This document shows, in pieces, positions 9,601 to 18,970 of a DNA stretch of 45,536 nucleotides. The first letter of the stretch is position 1. The number at the start of each line of letters is the position of its first letter. Under the pieces are notes generated by a model, which did no database searches, was not told the origin of the DNA, and saw only the letters and a program-made list of their open reading frames with translations. The translations under genes and the position numbers were made by a program. Source of the DNA: a virus (taxonomy: Duplodnaviria > Caudoviricetes); IMG/VR virus record IMGVR_UViG_3300043394_000603, positions 1-45,536 of that record. One strand, written 5' to 3'.

Positions 9601-12600
9601 AGAGGCTGCTCGTGCCGAGCAAATTTTCACTGAAGAGGCGGCGACCGAGGAGCGGCCAGAACTGGATGGACTACGCCGCGTTATTAAATCAGAACAAACA
9701 CCAGAAGATGTAACTGCTTTGGTTGATGCTGGCCTTGTTGAAATTTATAAAGATCAGCCGATTTTCACTCAGTCTGGAATAGAAGCTTTTCCAGAAGCCG
9801 AGCGTCCGCGCCTAACCACCGAAGCAAGAAAGATACAAATTGACACTGGTACAAGTGACGTTGTTGCTGAAGCTATTTCAAAAAATCTACGAATCGGCGT
9901 TGATCAGGTTCCACCGAATGTTAGGATGCCCGAAGGTTGGACGTTAGAAGGTGATATTTATGTTCCGCCAGCCCCACAGCAAGTCACCCAAGCTCCAGAA
10001 GTAACCCCAACCCCCGAAGTTTCCCCCGAAGTTATCCCCGAAACTCCAACGGCGGAGCCAGAGCTTACAACAGAACAAGCCAACAAGATTGTTCAGTCGG
10101 CGCAAAGTGCCAGAGCCAAGGCGTCACAGGCGGATGTAACAGTTAATCGAAAATATTCACCACCCCCAGTTCTTTCGTTAAGGCCCAAAGATACAATCGG
10201 AAAGAGCGTTCGTGATGCGCTGCGCTTTGCCTCTCGCATAAACATTTCAAGTGTGGCAGAGAAATTCCCAAATGAAGCCTTGTTGCAGGATGCGGCGGCA
10301 ATTCTTGCCGAGCTAAAAATCCCAGCACTCGATAATGAAAAAATTGTAACCCTTTCGTCCAAAGGACTGCGAGGTCGTGCCAGAAGGTTTTGGGGAGGGG
10401 ATATTGGTCTTCCTTCGGCAACAAAATCTTCCATTAGTACCTTGGTTCACGAAGCTGGCCACACGTTGACCGCAGACCAAATTAAAAAATATGCACCAAG
10501 AAAAGGAGTCAGCGGAAAAGCGTATTTAGATAGAATTCGCAATGTTGTTTCTGACAGCAACACCCCGCAACCTATTTCCAGACTTTTTAGTCTTTATATT
10601 TCAACACTAGATCAGCTTGGCGTTTCCGAACAATACGGTGGAGTTGGCGGTATTGCTGGTGGAAGCACCGCCGACGCCTCGCGCACAAAAGCAAGAAGGC
10701 TACAAGCCAAGGGAGGTCTTCGCAGTGATCTTGACTGGAATCAACTTTATGCCTTGGCAAACATTGAAGAGTTTGTTTCTCAAGCATTTTCTTCGGAGTC
10801 TTTTCGCAATCTATTAAAGACGATTAAAGACCCAACGAATCCAACCCGTAGTGCTTGGAGCGCGTTCGTTGACGCAATCAAAAGAATTTTAAGTCTGCCA
10901 GACGGAACAATGGCGGCGGCAGTTATTGAGGCGTCAGTGGATATTGCCATGGAAGTCCCAACCCCACGCACAATCAAGGAGCGGGGAGCAACGCCGTCTC
11001 CTGATCAAGAGCCTTCTATTTTGGCGGAAGAGAGCCAAGAGTATCGCGATGCCGATGGGAACATTATACCGTTAGAAGAAAGGTTCGATATAACCAGAGA
11101 GGAAATTGACTACAGCCCAGAGGACAAGACCGTTGAAATGTCTCTTGAGATGGACAAGGATCGCGTTTTTCAACTATTGGGCGAAAGGCTTTACACCGCA
11201 GACTTGGCAAAAGTTGTTGTTAAAGAAACCACGCAAAACGCCTTTGACGCCATTAAGGATGCAGAAGAGTCTGGAGAAATAGCGAGGGGCAGCGGTGTAA
11301 TAAGTTACTCGCGCAAAAACATAACCGTTGACGGCGAAGAAAAGGTCAGGATGGTGTTTATTGACAATGGTTCTGGTATGACCCCAGACATTTTGCAAAA
11401 AGCGTTCTTTACGGTTGGAGGAACGTTCAAGCGTTCTGGAAAAGGATCTGGCGGGTTTGGGTTGGCGAAGCTTGGTATGTTTATGAGCGCGGACAACATC
11501 ATGGTTGAAACCGTTAGAAATGGCGTTGTTGCAAAAGCGGATCTTTCCAGACAACAACTTAGCGACAAGAAGTTTGACGTAAGTGTTTCTCAAGACCCAA
11601 ACAGGGCTAACGGAACAATGGTTGCGCTGGATTTCAAGGCTCAAATCACGAAGTCAGATGGCAAGGTTGTTAATTTTGAAAACCCTTATCCAAGATTTGA
11701 CACCATGATTCGCCACAATCTTGATATCATTACGGATTCTTTTGGCGTTTATCAGGAAGATATTATTAAGAATTTCAGGGGTGAAGAGGGCTCGCTTTCC
11801 CTTGAGCAAATAAAAAACGCTGGTTACACAAAGGCTCATACATTTGAAGATTTTGCCAAAAATCTTCCTAATGTAAAAACGTTTGAAAAAGAGTTCCCAG
11901 TCGAAGGCGCGTCCAAGCCAATTAAGGTTAAAATTGTTGCGTCAAGGCTTGGGATGAAAAACAACAACGGTAAAACAAAATACAACGATATTATCAATAT
12001 TGATGGCATTGAACGTCTAATAATCAATTCGGAATACAATGTTTATAGCAACGGACTTTTCCAGTTTTCAGAAGAAAATTTAAAATTAAAACCCAGAGAC
12101 GGGTGGTCTAGTCCGATACTTCCGTATAATCTAATCATTGATATTGATGCTGGCGGCATTGATGCGGCATCTACCGTTTATCCATTTAATAACAATCGGG
12201 AGGGCCTTCAAAATGGGCCAGTAAAAGAATACATTGATGGCATCATTTCTGAGATTCGCGCAGAAGAAAACAGAAGGCAATTTGATCAAGAGTTTAACCT
12301 TTTGACGGACATTAACGGTGGAAAACCAAACAAAAATTCCCCAACTCTTTATAACAATACTAACATTGTCCCGCAGCCCACTGAACAAAAATTTCTGCAA
12401 GATCTTTCTCAGGCCGTGTTTGATGTTGCCGACGATATTGTTGTCTCGCTAAGAAAGGGCTGGGAAGACAGAATTCTTGAGGATTCTTGGTATCTTGTTA
12501 AAAGCCAGAAGGGTAACGCCCCATCATTAGGCAAAACCGATGAGGACAGTTTGGATTATTTTTATGGGGTTGGCATATCTAAAAACTGGGGAGGTGTCAA

Positions 12601-15600
12601 CACTTCGCGAGACCCAGTTTCGGCACTTGTAAATCCCATTTATGAAGATCGAGTTGATGAATATGCTAGGACAGAATTTGGTCGCAGATTTCTAGCTAGA
12701 ACCATAGTCAAAACCCTAATACACGAAATCAATCACCACCTTCACAGAAACGAGGGTTCTGATTTTACATTCTTCCTTTTGCAGAATGAATCATACTTGG
12801 GGGAAACTGGCGCAATTCAAAGTGCCGTAGATAAAATTTTACCCATTGTCAACCAGCATCAAGATGCTATCATTAGCCTAAAGGAAAAATTCAGAACAGC
12901 AGAAACAAAGGACAACGATAATGAACTCACTGGAGAACAATACGAAAGATCTTCTAAGGAAGCAGATGGAGAGCCCAGAACAGCTATTGTCGGAGGTAGT
13001 CGTGTTATACAACAGCCTTCTACAGAAGTTTCCCCTCGACCCACAAGCGAAGAAGATGGCGAAAAAATTGGAGCCTATTTACCAAGCAGCCTCACGGCTA
13101 GAGACAGACAAGACTCAGGCGTTGGTGACGGAATTCCTTTCGGAGAAGTAGTTGCTGGGCAACTAAATCGCGGAGAAATATCAACCACAGGAGAGCTTTT
13201 GTCTCCCAAGGTTGACATGACAACTGATGAGGAATTTGTTATTCGTCCAGAAGAGGTTGTTCCCCAAGTTGAAGGAACCCCAGAATTTTCCGCAGTTAAG
13301 GTCATGTCCAAGTCCATGCAATTGGGTGACACTCAAAGCACAAAACTTGGAACGGCGGAAGGAACCCTGCCGCTTGAAACCATTGTTAATGCTTGGCTAA
13401 ACGCTGGCCTTGATCAAGACGCTCTTGAGGGCGCAGTCATTCGTTACACCAATCTTTCTGACCAAAGTGCGGCAAACTTTGCTGAAGCTTTTGTTAAACA
13501 ATATCAAATACAGCGTTCTCTTTCGGATCTTTCCAGTGCAAGAAAAAGCGAACCTAAAGAACGTGCTGGGGCTTATAGCTTTGCGAAGAGGGTTGCAGAA
13601 TCTGGAGAATTGCCAGAAGAGGTTTCTGACAAGATTAATAAGGCTTATCAGGTTTTGCGGAACGAGGTTAGCGCAGAGGAGGCAGAAAACGCGCTTCGCA
13701 ACCTTTCGCTTGATGAGTCCATTAATGCCGTCAAGGATTTAACCAATGGCATTTCCTTCCCAGTAAGATCAATGATGGCCCAGATTGTGGAGCGCAGAAT
13801 ATTGGACTATCGCAGAAACACAAAAAACAAAGGAAAGACCAATGATTACAATGCGGCAGTTGATGCCCACGTTGACTTTTTTAACTGGATTAGCGAATAC
13901 AGCAAAGAGATGGGTCAGGGCATACAGGCTTTTGCTCAATGGATCAACCTTGGCCCTGACGGAATTGTTCGCAAGCTTCGTCGCGACACGGCTAAAATTG
14001 TTGATCAAAACATAAAGAAGCGCAAAAAGAAGCTAGACAAAATTAAAAACGAAATTGAAGAGGGTGATCAAAAGTCTTTCAATGAAGCTACAATTCGCGC
14101 CAAGAAGTCCATAGAAGACCTTGGAAACAAAGCGGGAGAAGAAGAGGCCAAAAGGGTTACAATTGAGGACGAGGCTCAAAAAATTGCCCAACGTTTGGCA
14201 CGGCGTGTTTCTGGCGAAACCACCAAAGCCAAAACAAACCCACTTTCGGAGCTTGTAAATTCCCACCTTAACAAAATCAATCAAAACTTTATTCAAGAGG
14301 CAATTAATCTTGGAATTTCACCAGAAACAGCAAACAAGATTGACGAATCTGCTAAAAAACTAGACGAACAGCGCAGGGCGGCGCGAGATCAACGCGAGGC
14401 TTTCCGTAGTGCCCAAGAGGCTAGAGCAAAAATAAGTAGAGATCTTGCGCGTGAAAACAAATACATCTATGGAGAACGTCCAACAATATGGGAAGACTAT
14501 CAAAATACATTTGCGGAACGTTTTGCCCGTGCGCTTTTGCGTGACCCCAAAAAATCCGTCCCTCCATCTTTGATGCTTTTTACCAACAGGCTCACTCAAA
14601 ACCTGATTGGATTTATTCCAGAAACACAAAAACAGGTGGCTACCCAACAGTCTTTCCAAGCATTCATTGAAGACGCTTTAAACAATAAAGATAGATACAT
14701 GGAGGCGTTTAATGCAGCCATGGAAGAAATATCTCTTCGTGTTGAAGAGATTGAGGCTCGCATGGGTGGCGGGGAAATGTTGGGTAATGAAGCGAAAGCC
14801 GTCATTGCCGCAAACGACTTTATGGAAAAGCTTGCTCCAGTAATTCAAGATTTCCCAGTGAGCCCGAAGACTGTTAATCGTTTTGTAAACCAAAAAACTA
14901 AGGCCCTGAACATATCGCTCGCTGGGGCTTACAACAATTGGTATAGGTCTGATCGTCGCACGCGCAAAAATATCGAAGAGGCTCTTGCGCTCAAGCTGTT
15001 GGAAGATGTAAACATTACCACAAAAGACGCAGACAAGCTTTCCAAGTCTATTGTGTCCGAGTTTAAACAACGCGCAGAAGAGCGGCGTAAAAAAGCCCTA
15101 GAACGATTTAAGGCACCGAAAAAGAAAATTAAATCAGACAGGGCAGCAAGAACAGACAAGCTTCAGCGGTTCTTTGAACTTGTCAACATGGGTGCGCTTA
15201 GTGACAGGGACGCTTACGAAATATTTGCCGAGCGTTACCAGCTTCCTGTTTACGATGAAGATTTTGTAGCATACGTTGAAGAGACCGCACAGCGCATTCA
15301 GGAAATGGAAGACGAGCTTGCTCGCCGTCTAAAAACTCAAGAGTTAATGAGCGAGATTACCAGAAATCGCGGTTTTGATCCATCGGATATAGGGGCGGGT
15401 TTTGTTTATGCAAACATTCTTTCTAGCCCAGACACTCACATGGTCAACATTCTGGACACAGCCATAAACAACTTTGCAAATGGTCTTGCCGATGCATTTG
15501 CCACTGGCGATCTTTCACGTTTGCGCGGAATTGTTAACGGTTACAGGAAGGGAATTTTTGAGGCGGCAGAAGTTATGAAGACGGGCAAGCGGATTAACGT

Positions 15601-17236
15601 TCCCGGCTTTGAAGAGAAGGCCCCCCTAATTCTTGAACTGCTTAGATTTGGGGAAATAGACGGCGTTAAACTTTCTTCTCTTGAAGGCGCAAATGCCATT
15701 ATTAAGTTCCTTCTTGAATCAAAGCCAGCCACGGTTTTAAACTCCATGAAATATGTTGGTAGGCTTCTTGAGGCACAAGACGCCTTAAACTTTTCTGCAT
15801 CCGCCGAAGGAGAGCGTTACGCCCAAGCCTCGCGACTAGCCGCAGAAGAGGGATTGACTGGCGATGAGGCGCGTAAACGAATGAACCAGATTTTAAATCT
15901 GTCTGACGAAGCTTATCAAAACGCTCTAAGACAGGCAGAATCCGAAGGTTATTCTGGCGCGGAGGCAAAATTCCGAGCGATGGAGATTCAGGATAAAAAG
16001 ATTCCCAAAGAAATCAAGGAAGCTGGATTTGAGCGTGGTCTTCGCGATGTTTACCGAAACATGCCAGTCGGCGTTGCGGGATTTCTTTCCGACAAGCTTA
16101 CAAACACCTTAATGTCTATAAGCAATCCGTTGGCTCGAAACGTGTCCCGCTTAACCGTTTCTCCATTTATTATTACCCCGATTAACCTTTTCAACAAATG
16201 GCTAGACTGGTCACCGTGGGGTTATAAACGCATGTTCTTCGGAACTGGAAATTTCGTTAATGAAAAATATTATGTTGAAGCTTTTGAAAAGGGTAGCCCT
16301 GAACGCAGGGCACAAATGCTCAAAGCTAGTTCTGGCATTTTGTTAATGACAGTAATGTGGGCTTTGGTTCGTGCTGGCGTTGCAACAATCCATGGAAGAG
16401 GGCCTTCTGACGAAGAAGAAAGAAAGCAGTGGTTGGATGATGGTAACAAACCTTATTCAATTCAATTTGGTGACGGCCCGTTGTTGAGTTTTGCCTATAC
16501 TCCTTGGGCTCTTATGCTTTCTTGGATGGCTAACGTTGAGAACTACTACAAATACAACGCCAAAGAAGAGCCCGATGATCAGTCTGCTCTTTGGAGAATG
16601 GCAGCAGCAGCCTCTTTCGTTCCAACAATTTTTGAAGAATTGCCATTTTATCAAGGAATTAATGACATAATTAAAACGGCTTCGGCGGCTCGTCAGGGCG
16701 ATCTTGACAAGGCTTATACCGATTTTCTTGAACCAAAGGTTGCTATGTTGTTCCCGAACTTCTTGCGTTATGTTGATCGCTTGTTTGACCCCAAGGTTTA
16801 CAATAGTGATGGGGCTAAGGCACTTTTAATTGATCAAATACCATTTGTTCGTCGTCTCGGTGGGCCTCGTCTAAATATGTTTGGCGAGCCAATCGGAGAG
16901 GGCAAAAAGTTTTACGAGCAACTGGCAACCCGATTTGTCAATTTCCCAAGCCCATCTCGCGAGTCCCGAATACTTGCCATGTATGATGCCTATCCGTTTA
17001 TTCCTAGCCCCAAAAGAGCACAAGCTTTGGTAAACGGCGAAAAGGCTCAAATGACGCCAGAGCAATATGAAAAATATATTGTTGGAGTCGGTCAAGAATT
17101 CAAGGATTACATTCTAAACAGATTTGACCCAGATGTTGAGATAAGCCCCGAAGAAAAAGAAATTGGGAAAAAAGAAATATCCGACAAGATGGAAAAGATT
17201 CGCGCAAAATGGGTTAGAGACGTTTCTACCTACTAA
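6692..17236 (+). CDS. giant polyvalent internal virion protein (3514 aa): GNWWDKYK repeats, hydrophobic Gly-rich segment, zincin (HEAGH), GHKL ATPase, second HExxH, helical C-terminal region
   Basis: HEAGH at 10448-10462 followed by EEFVSQAF; KETTQNAFDA, DNGSGM, GGFGLAK and NGT GHKL boxes at about 11220-11620; TLIHEINH at about 12713-12736. Confidence 0.85.
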   Translation: MANGNWWDKYKTVGSSAPSEEVEPEAKIAEAQETEAVATEGNWWDKYKTKPTQDVSTEVQETSALPQAEAGNWWDKYKSKGAVQPSREDEDKELILSWENASNEFNGLQSRYGQLGSRFQELNQIEGRTPEQEEEYKKTWNQIVDTGLSIQSSIKKAQKLQPQVEDYYNRQKQNRINYIESQRGSGLFGDEVADSLYDIDKRSEEEITAARQIEDGDQRKKAIADIQSKYQEEERNLLQSKIDAFKERETKINNAAEVIGNALSSGKRVDQVLLEDMAEIPEYNELRESLINQEDPEKGKLFREAALMYRLAEGSTKAAVVNGEVRISPLAVWDADAITNEINNLDVTNAQKAKAIQGIPKMQEEAAKVELPFLQKVSEFNDFVKENNLQGASPKDQIAEWKTRNTNWTEYITKAPAQVGLGLRSGSLGLLEAGQTIVGATASIMGAQDFADPFLDSASQTSEKIQELNRISQEIGGPTILNELAAVAPQILFQIGVGGAVGYGGSKLGLKPKTVSNLGFGSSIGAALGQSYGGVLSSAIQQLEKEKIDNGMDPTQARAEAVKEAQLPAALSGLSTAIVTIIGGKRGVEAPFRGGIDDIKAKLNTAAFRAELPKLAPNIFRGMRNEGYEEFFDQLAQGVIEQFSFNPDLSTSDIVNNAFKALLIGGITGGGVEGIKYGFDFMKAPKEMARRKESMASIRDSISSIEEEISMAGTSSPVGSEFQREYDITTPSEKASELGGVAINRTRMTSLQSERQQLQELLEDPAISRVARNELESKLAVADYNYYNDILLNGRANVLTEQIVDELDSRPISASSRDAITAITKIANNLGLDSLTGRERVAVGITKVGENRYLPSKENPMVATDEQGNVNITNTGKRVAEATGIVPLTRMIGLSDQMMAKREELARVAETLREEASRQEAKELAESEEAKRYGPTSAEALKNQVNSLPVSPDAEKIDERVAQLLKEEREEAARAEQIFTEEAATEERPELDGLRRVIKSEQTPEDVTALVDAGLVEIYKDQPIFTQSGIEAFPEAERPRLTTEARKIQIDTGTSDVVAEAISKNLRIGVDQVPPNVRMPEGWTLEGDIYVPPAPQQVTQAPEVTPTPEVSPEVIPETPTAEPELTTEQANKIVQSAQSARAKASQADVTVNRKYSPPPVLSLRPKDTIGKSVRDALRFASRINISSVAEKFPNEALLQDAAAILAELKIPALDNEKIVTLSSKGLRGRARRFWGGDIGLPSATKSSISTLVHEAGHTLTADQIKKYAPRKGVSGKAYLDRIRNVVSDSNTPQPISRLFSLYISTLDQLGVSEQYGGVGGIAGGSTADASRTKARRLQAKGGLRSDLDWNQLYALANIEEFVSQAFSSESFRNLLKTIKDPTNPTRSAWSAFVDAIKRILSLPDGTMAAAVIEASVDIAMEVPTPRTIKERGATPSPDQEPSILAEESQEYRDADGNIIPLEERFDITREEIDYSPEDKTVEMSLEMDKDRVFQLLGERLYTADLAKVVVKETTQNAFDAIKDAEESGEIARGSGVISYSRKNITVDGEEKVRMVFIDNGSGMTPDILQKAFFTVGGTFKRSGKGSGGFGLAKLGMFMSADNIMVETVRNGVVAKADLSRQQLSDKKFDVSVSQDPNRANGTMVALDFKAQITKSDGKVVNFENPYPRFDTMIRHNLDIITDSFGVYQEDIIKNFRGEEGSLSLEQIKNAGYTKAHTFEDFAKNLPNVKTFEKEFPVEGASKPIKVKIVASRLGMKNNNGKTKYNDIINIDGIERLIINSEYNVYSNGLFQFSEENLKLKPRDGWSSPILPYNLIIDIDAGGIDAASTVYPFNNNREGLQNGPVKEYIDGIISEIRAEENRRQFDQEFNLLTDINGGKPNKNSPTLYNNTNIVPQPTEQKFLQDLSQAVFDVADDIVVSLRKGWEDRILEDSWYLVKSQKGNAPSLGKTDEDSLDYFYGVGISKNWGGVNTSRDPVSALVNPIYEDRVDEYARTEFGRRFLARTIVKTLIHEINHHLHRNEGSDFTFFLLQNESYLGETGAIQSAVDKILPIVNQHQDAIISLKEKFRTAETKDNDNELTGEQYERSSKEADGEPRTAIVGGSRVIQQPSTEVSPRPTSEEDGEKIGAYLPSSLTARDRQDSGVGDGIPFGEVVAGQLNRGEISTTGELLSPKVDMTTDEEFVIRPEEVVPQVEGTPEFSAVKVMSKSMQLGDTQSTKLGTAEGTLPLETIVNAWLNAGLDQDALEGAVIRYTNLSDQSAANFAEAFVKQYQIQRSLSDLSSARKSEPKERAGAYSFAKRVAESGELPEEVSDKINKAYQVLRNEVSAEEAENALRNLSLDESINAVKDLTNGISFPVRSMMAQIVERRILDYRRNTKNKGKTNDYNAAVDAHVDFFNWISEYSKEMGQGIQAFAQWINLGPDGIVRKLRRDTAKIVDQNIKKRKKKLDKIKNEIEEGDQKSFNEATIRAKKSIEDLGNKAGEEEAKRVTIEDEAQKIAQRLARRVSGETTKAKTNPLSELVNSHLNKINQNFIQEAINLGISPETANKIDESAKKLDEQRRAARDQREAFRSAQEARAKISRDLARENKYIYGERPTIWEDYQNTFAERFARALLRDPKKSVPPSLMLFTNRLTQNLIGFIPETQKQVATQQSFQAFIEDALNNKDRYMEAFNAAMEEISLRVEEIEARMGGGEMLGNEAKAVIAANDFMEKLAPVIQDFPVSPKTVNRFVNQKTKALNISLAGAYNNWYRSDRRTRKNIEEALALKLLEDVNITTKDADKLSKSIVSEFKQRAEERRKKALERFKAPKKKIKSDRAARTDKLQRFFELVNMGALSDRDAYEIFAERYQLPVYDEDFVAYVEETAQRIQEMEDELARRLKTQELMSEITRNRGFDPSDIGAGFVYANILSSPDTHMVNILDTAINNFANGLADAFATGDLSRLRGIVNGYRKGIFEAAEVMKTGKRINVPGFEEKAPLILELLRFGEIDGVKLSSLEGANAIIKFLLESKPATVLNSMKYVGRLLEAQDALNFSASAEGERYAQASRLAAEEGLTGDEARKRMNQILNLSDEAYQNALRQAESEGYSGAEAKFRAMEIQDKKIPKEIKEAGFERGLRDVYRNMPVGVAGFLSDKLTNTLMSISNPLARNVSRLTVSPFIITPINLFNKWLDWSPWGYKRMFFGTGNFVNEKYYVEAFEKGSPERRAQMLKASSGILLMTVMWALVRAGVATIHGRGPSDEEERKQWLDDGNKPYSIQFGDGPLLSFAYTPWALMLSWMANVENYYKYNAKEEPDDQSALWRMAAAASFVPTIFEELPFYQGINDIIKTASAARQGDLDKAYTDFLEPKVAMLFPNFLRYVDRLFDPKVYNSDGAKALLIDQIPFVRRLGGPRLNMFGEPIGEGKKFYEQLATRFVNFPSPSRESRILAMYDAYPFIPSPKRAQALVNGEKAQMTPEQYEKYIVGVGQEFKDYILNRFDPDVEISPEEKEIGKKEISDKMEKIRAKWVRDVSTY
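6701..6927 (+). repeat. three GNWWDKYK peptide repeats
   Basis: ggcaactggtgggacaaatataaa / ggtaattggtgggataaatacaaa / ggaaattggtgggataagtataaa separated by acidic linkers. Confidence 0.85.
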
Positions 17237-17877
17237 ATCAAACCCCGTGATTGGGCTTCTTTAATTTCCTCTTCGCTCCATTGTTGGGCATACCAAACTT
17301 CGCTATCCCAAGGTAGCGGCCTCATGCGGTCAACCCCGAAAGAAAGTCTCCTATAGTTGTCTGGAGTATTCTCTTCCAGCTTCACAAACTTGTCCTCTGG
17401 CAGCATGTCCTTATCGTCTGGGAGTGCCAAGTAGCTTCGCACAAACTCAAGAATGAACCAATGCTTGATCAGGAATGTTGACTGAGCGCAAGCCATCCAA
17501 GGTGAGGTGTCCATCTTAGCCCCGAATACCATGCCTTTATCTCCGCAATCTTGGTACATTTTTCCGATAATATCTCCGAACCACAGGCAGTCCGCCTCTT
17601 TATAGATAAAGTCTCTTCCGCAATTGTAAGCAATTAGTGCCAGCGCAACAACCGAGGCAGACCAACCGCATAATCCAGAGCGGTTTTCTTTGATTAGATC
17701 GCCAACATGACCAAGGTTGTATCCGCAATGAATATGGACAGGCGCGGGTGCTCCCATTTCGGTAGAAAGAACAAAAATATGGGGACTGTATTTTGAAGTG
17801 TTCTCATACCATATCTGATATAGTTTGTAATCCCATTCAGACCTGTAGTGATAACCCGAACCTATGATGCAGTTCAT
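17233..17877 (-). CDS. putative glycosyltransferase (GT-A-like)
   Basis: FIYKEADCLWFG resembles the DxD strand; located in the glycan operon. Confidence 0.55.
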   Translation of the reverse strand: MNCIIGSGYHYRSEWDYKLYQIWYENTSKYSPHIFVLSTEMGAPAPVHIHCGYNLGHVGDLIKENRSGLCGWSASVVALALIAYNCGRDFIYKEADCLWFGDIIGKMYQDCGDKGMVFGAKMDTSPWMACAQSTFLIKHWFILEFVRSYLALPDDKDMLPEDKFVKLEENTPDNYRRLSFGVDRMRPLPWDSEVWYAQQWSEEEIKEAQSRGLI

Positions 17878-18437
17878 TTCTTTCTATAAATAGACAAGGT
17901 TGGCTTTACCCAACGGGCAGTAGCCACAGACCGAAGTCGCATTGAATATTCCTCCATCCATTGATAGCCCCAAAATTCAAAGATGTCATTCCAATAGGAT
18001 TGTGGTTGGCAATTAACATGGTGGTGTCCACCGTCGCTCCATTGTGGTTCCGAGTAAGTCATTGCCACAATCTTGGCCGAATTAAATGTTGCCATGTAGT
18101 TGTTGGCGTATTGCGGTTCAACGTGTTCGACAAACTCGCAAGACCAAGCCATATCAAAATTTGATTCAACCCTGAACGGGCCTTTAGTGTAGTCGTGGAG
18201 GATTATGCGGTCTTTGACGGGACTATTTTCCAACGCGATGGGCGAACCCTCAATGCCAACGGCATCAACGCCGTGGTCTGCAAACCACTTAACGGAATGC
18301 CCTTCCCCGCATCCAATATCAATTATATTCTTTGGATTAAATGTTTTAATCAGGTAGTCCCATACTTTGGGGTCGCATGTATCTGGGTCTCCACCGCGAA
18401 CAAATCCCCCCAAGTGTCCATCCATTACCAGTTCCAT
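17874..18437 (-). CDS. class I SAM-dependent methyltransferase
   Basis: IIDIGCGEG, FDMAWSCEFVEHV, GGHHHVNCQ. Confidence 0.9.
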   Translation of the reverse strand: MELVMDGHLGGFVRGGDPDTCDPKVWDYLIKTFNPKNIIDIGCGEGHSVKWFADHGVDAVGIEGSPIALENSPVKDRIILHDYTKGPFRVESNFDMAWSCEFVEHVEPQYANNYMATFNSAKIVAMTYSEPQWSDGGHHHVNCQPQSYWNDIFEFWGYQWMEEYSMRLRSVATARWVKPTLSIYRKK

Positions 18438-18970
18438 TATTTTACAGCCTCCGCTACGATGGTTTCTATTTTATTATTGTGTTCGCCAATTACTTTTCCG
18501 TGACCATCAATGCCGCTGAGAACTTCGTCTGGAGATTCGCCAACGTTGCACGGGTAAATTGTTTCAAGACTAAATCCTGATGCATGAAGACAGGCTTCCA
18601 AGGTTGGATAGTTCCAAGCCGAAAGGTGGCCGTGATTCAAAAGAATGGACTGTATTGCAGAGCGTTTGGTTGGTTGCCCAAATCCAGATTTTCCAAACCA
18701 TTTGAGATATTCTTCATCGGCCTCTTTTAGAATCCTGTCTGCACTTGGAACTGCAACTCTCAATGCCCCATCCTGAGCAAGAATTCTGTAACATTCTGTA
18801 AAGAACCTAACGGCTTCGGGAGTTGTGGTGTGCTCCACGCAGTGCTCAATGAATATATATCTAACTGAATTGTTCTCGTATGGGAGCGGCTTTGTAATAT
18901 CAACATCGAAATCATGGTTCTCCCAGCCGTCCAGAATGTTTCCACCGCAACCCAAGTTTAGTTTTCTCAT
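18437..18970 (-). CDS. SAM-dependent methyltransferase (type 11-like)
   Basis: KLNLGCG, EHCVEH, ECYRILAQDGALRVAVP; start at ATG 18970 (ATGA overlap). Confidence 0.85.
   Translation of the reverse strand: MRKLNLGCGGNILDGWENHDFDVDITKPLPYENNSVRYIFIEHCVEHTTTPEAVRFFTECYRILAQDGALRVAVPSADRILKEADEEYLKWFGKSGFGQPTKRSAIQSILLNHGHLSAWNYPTLEACLHASGFSLETIYPCNVGESPDEVLSGIDGHGKVIGEHNNKIETIVAEAVK

Noticed and set aside
6690-17095. Numerous short antisense or alternate-frame ORFs inside the giant gene
   Set aside because: Shadow ORFs of a long coding frame with no independent motifs
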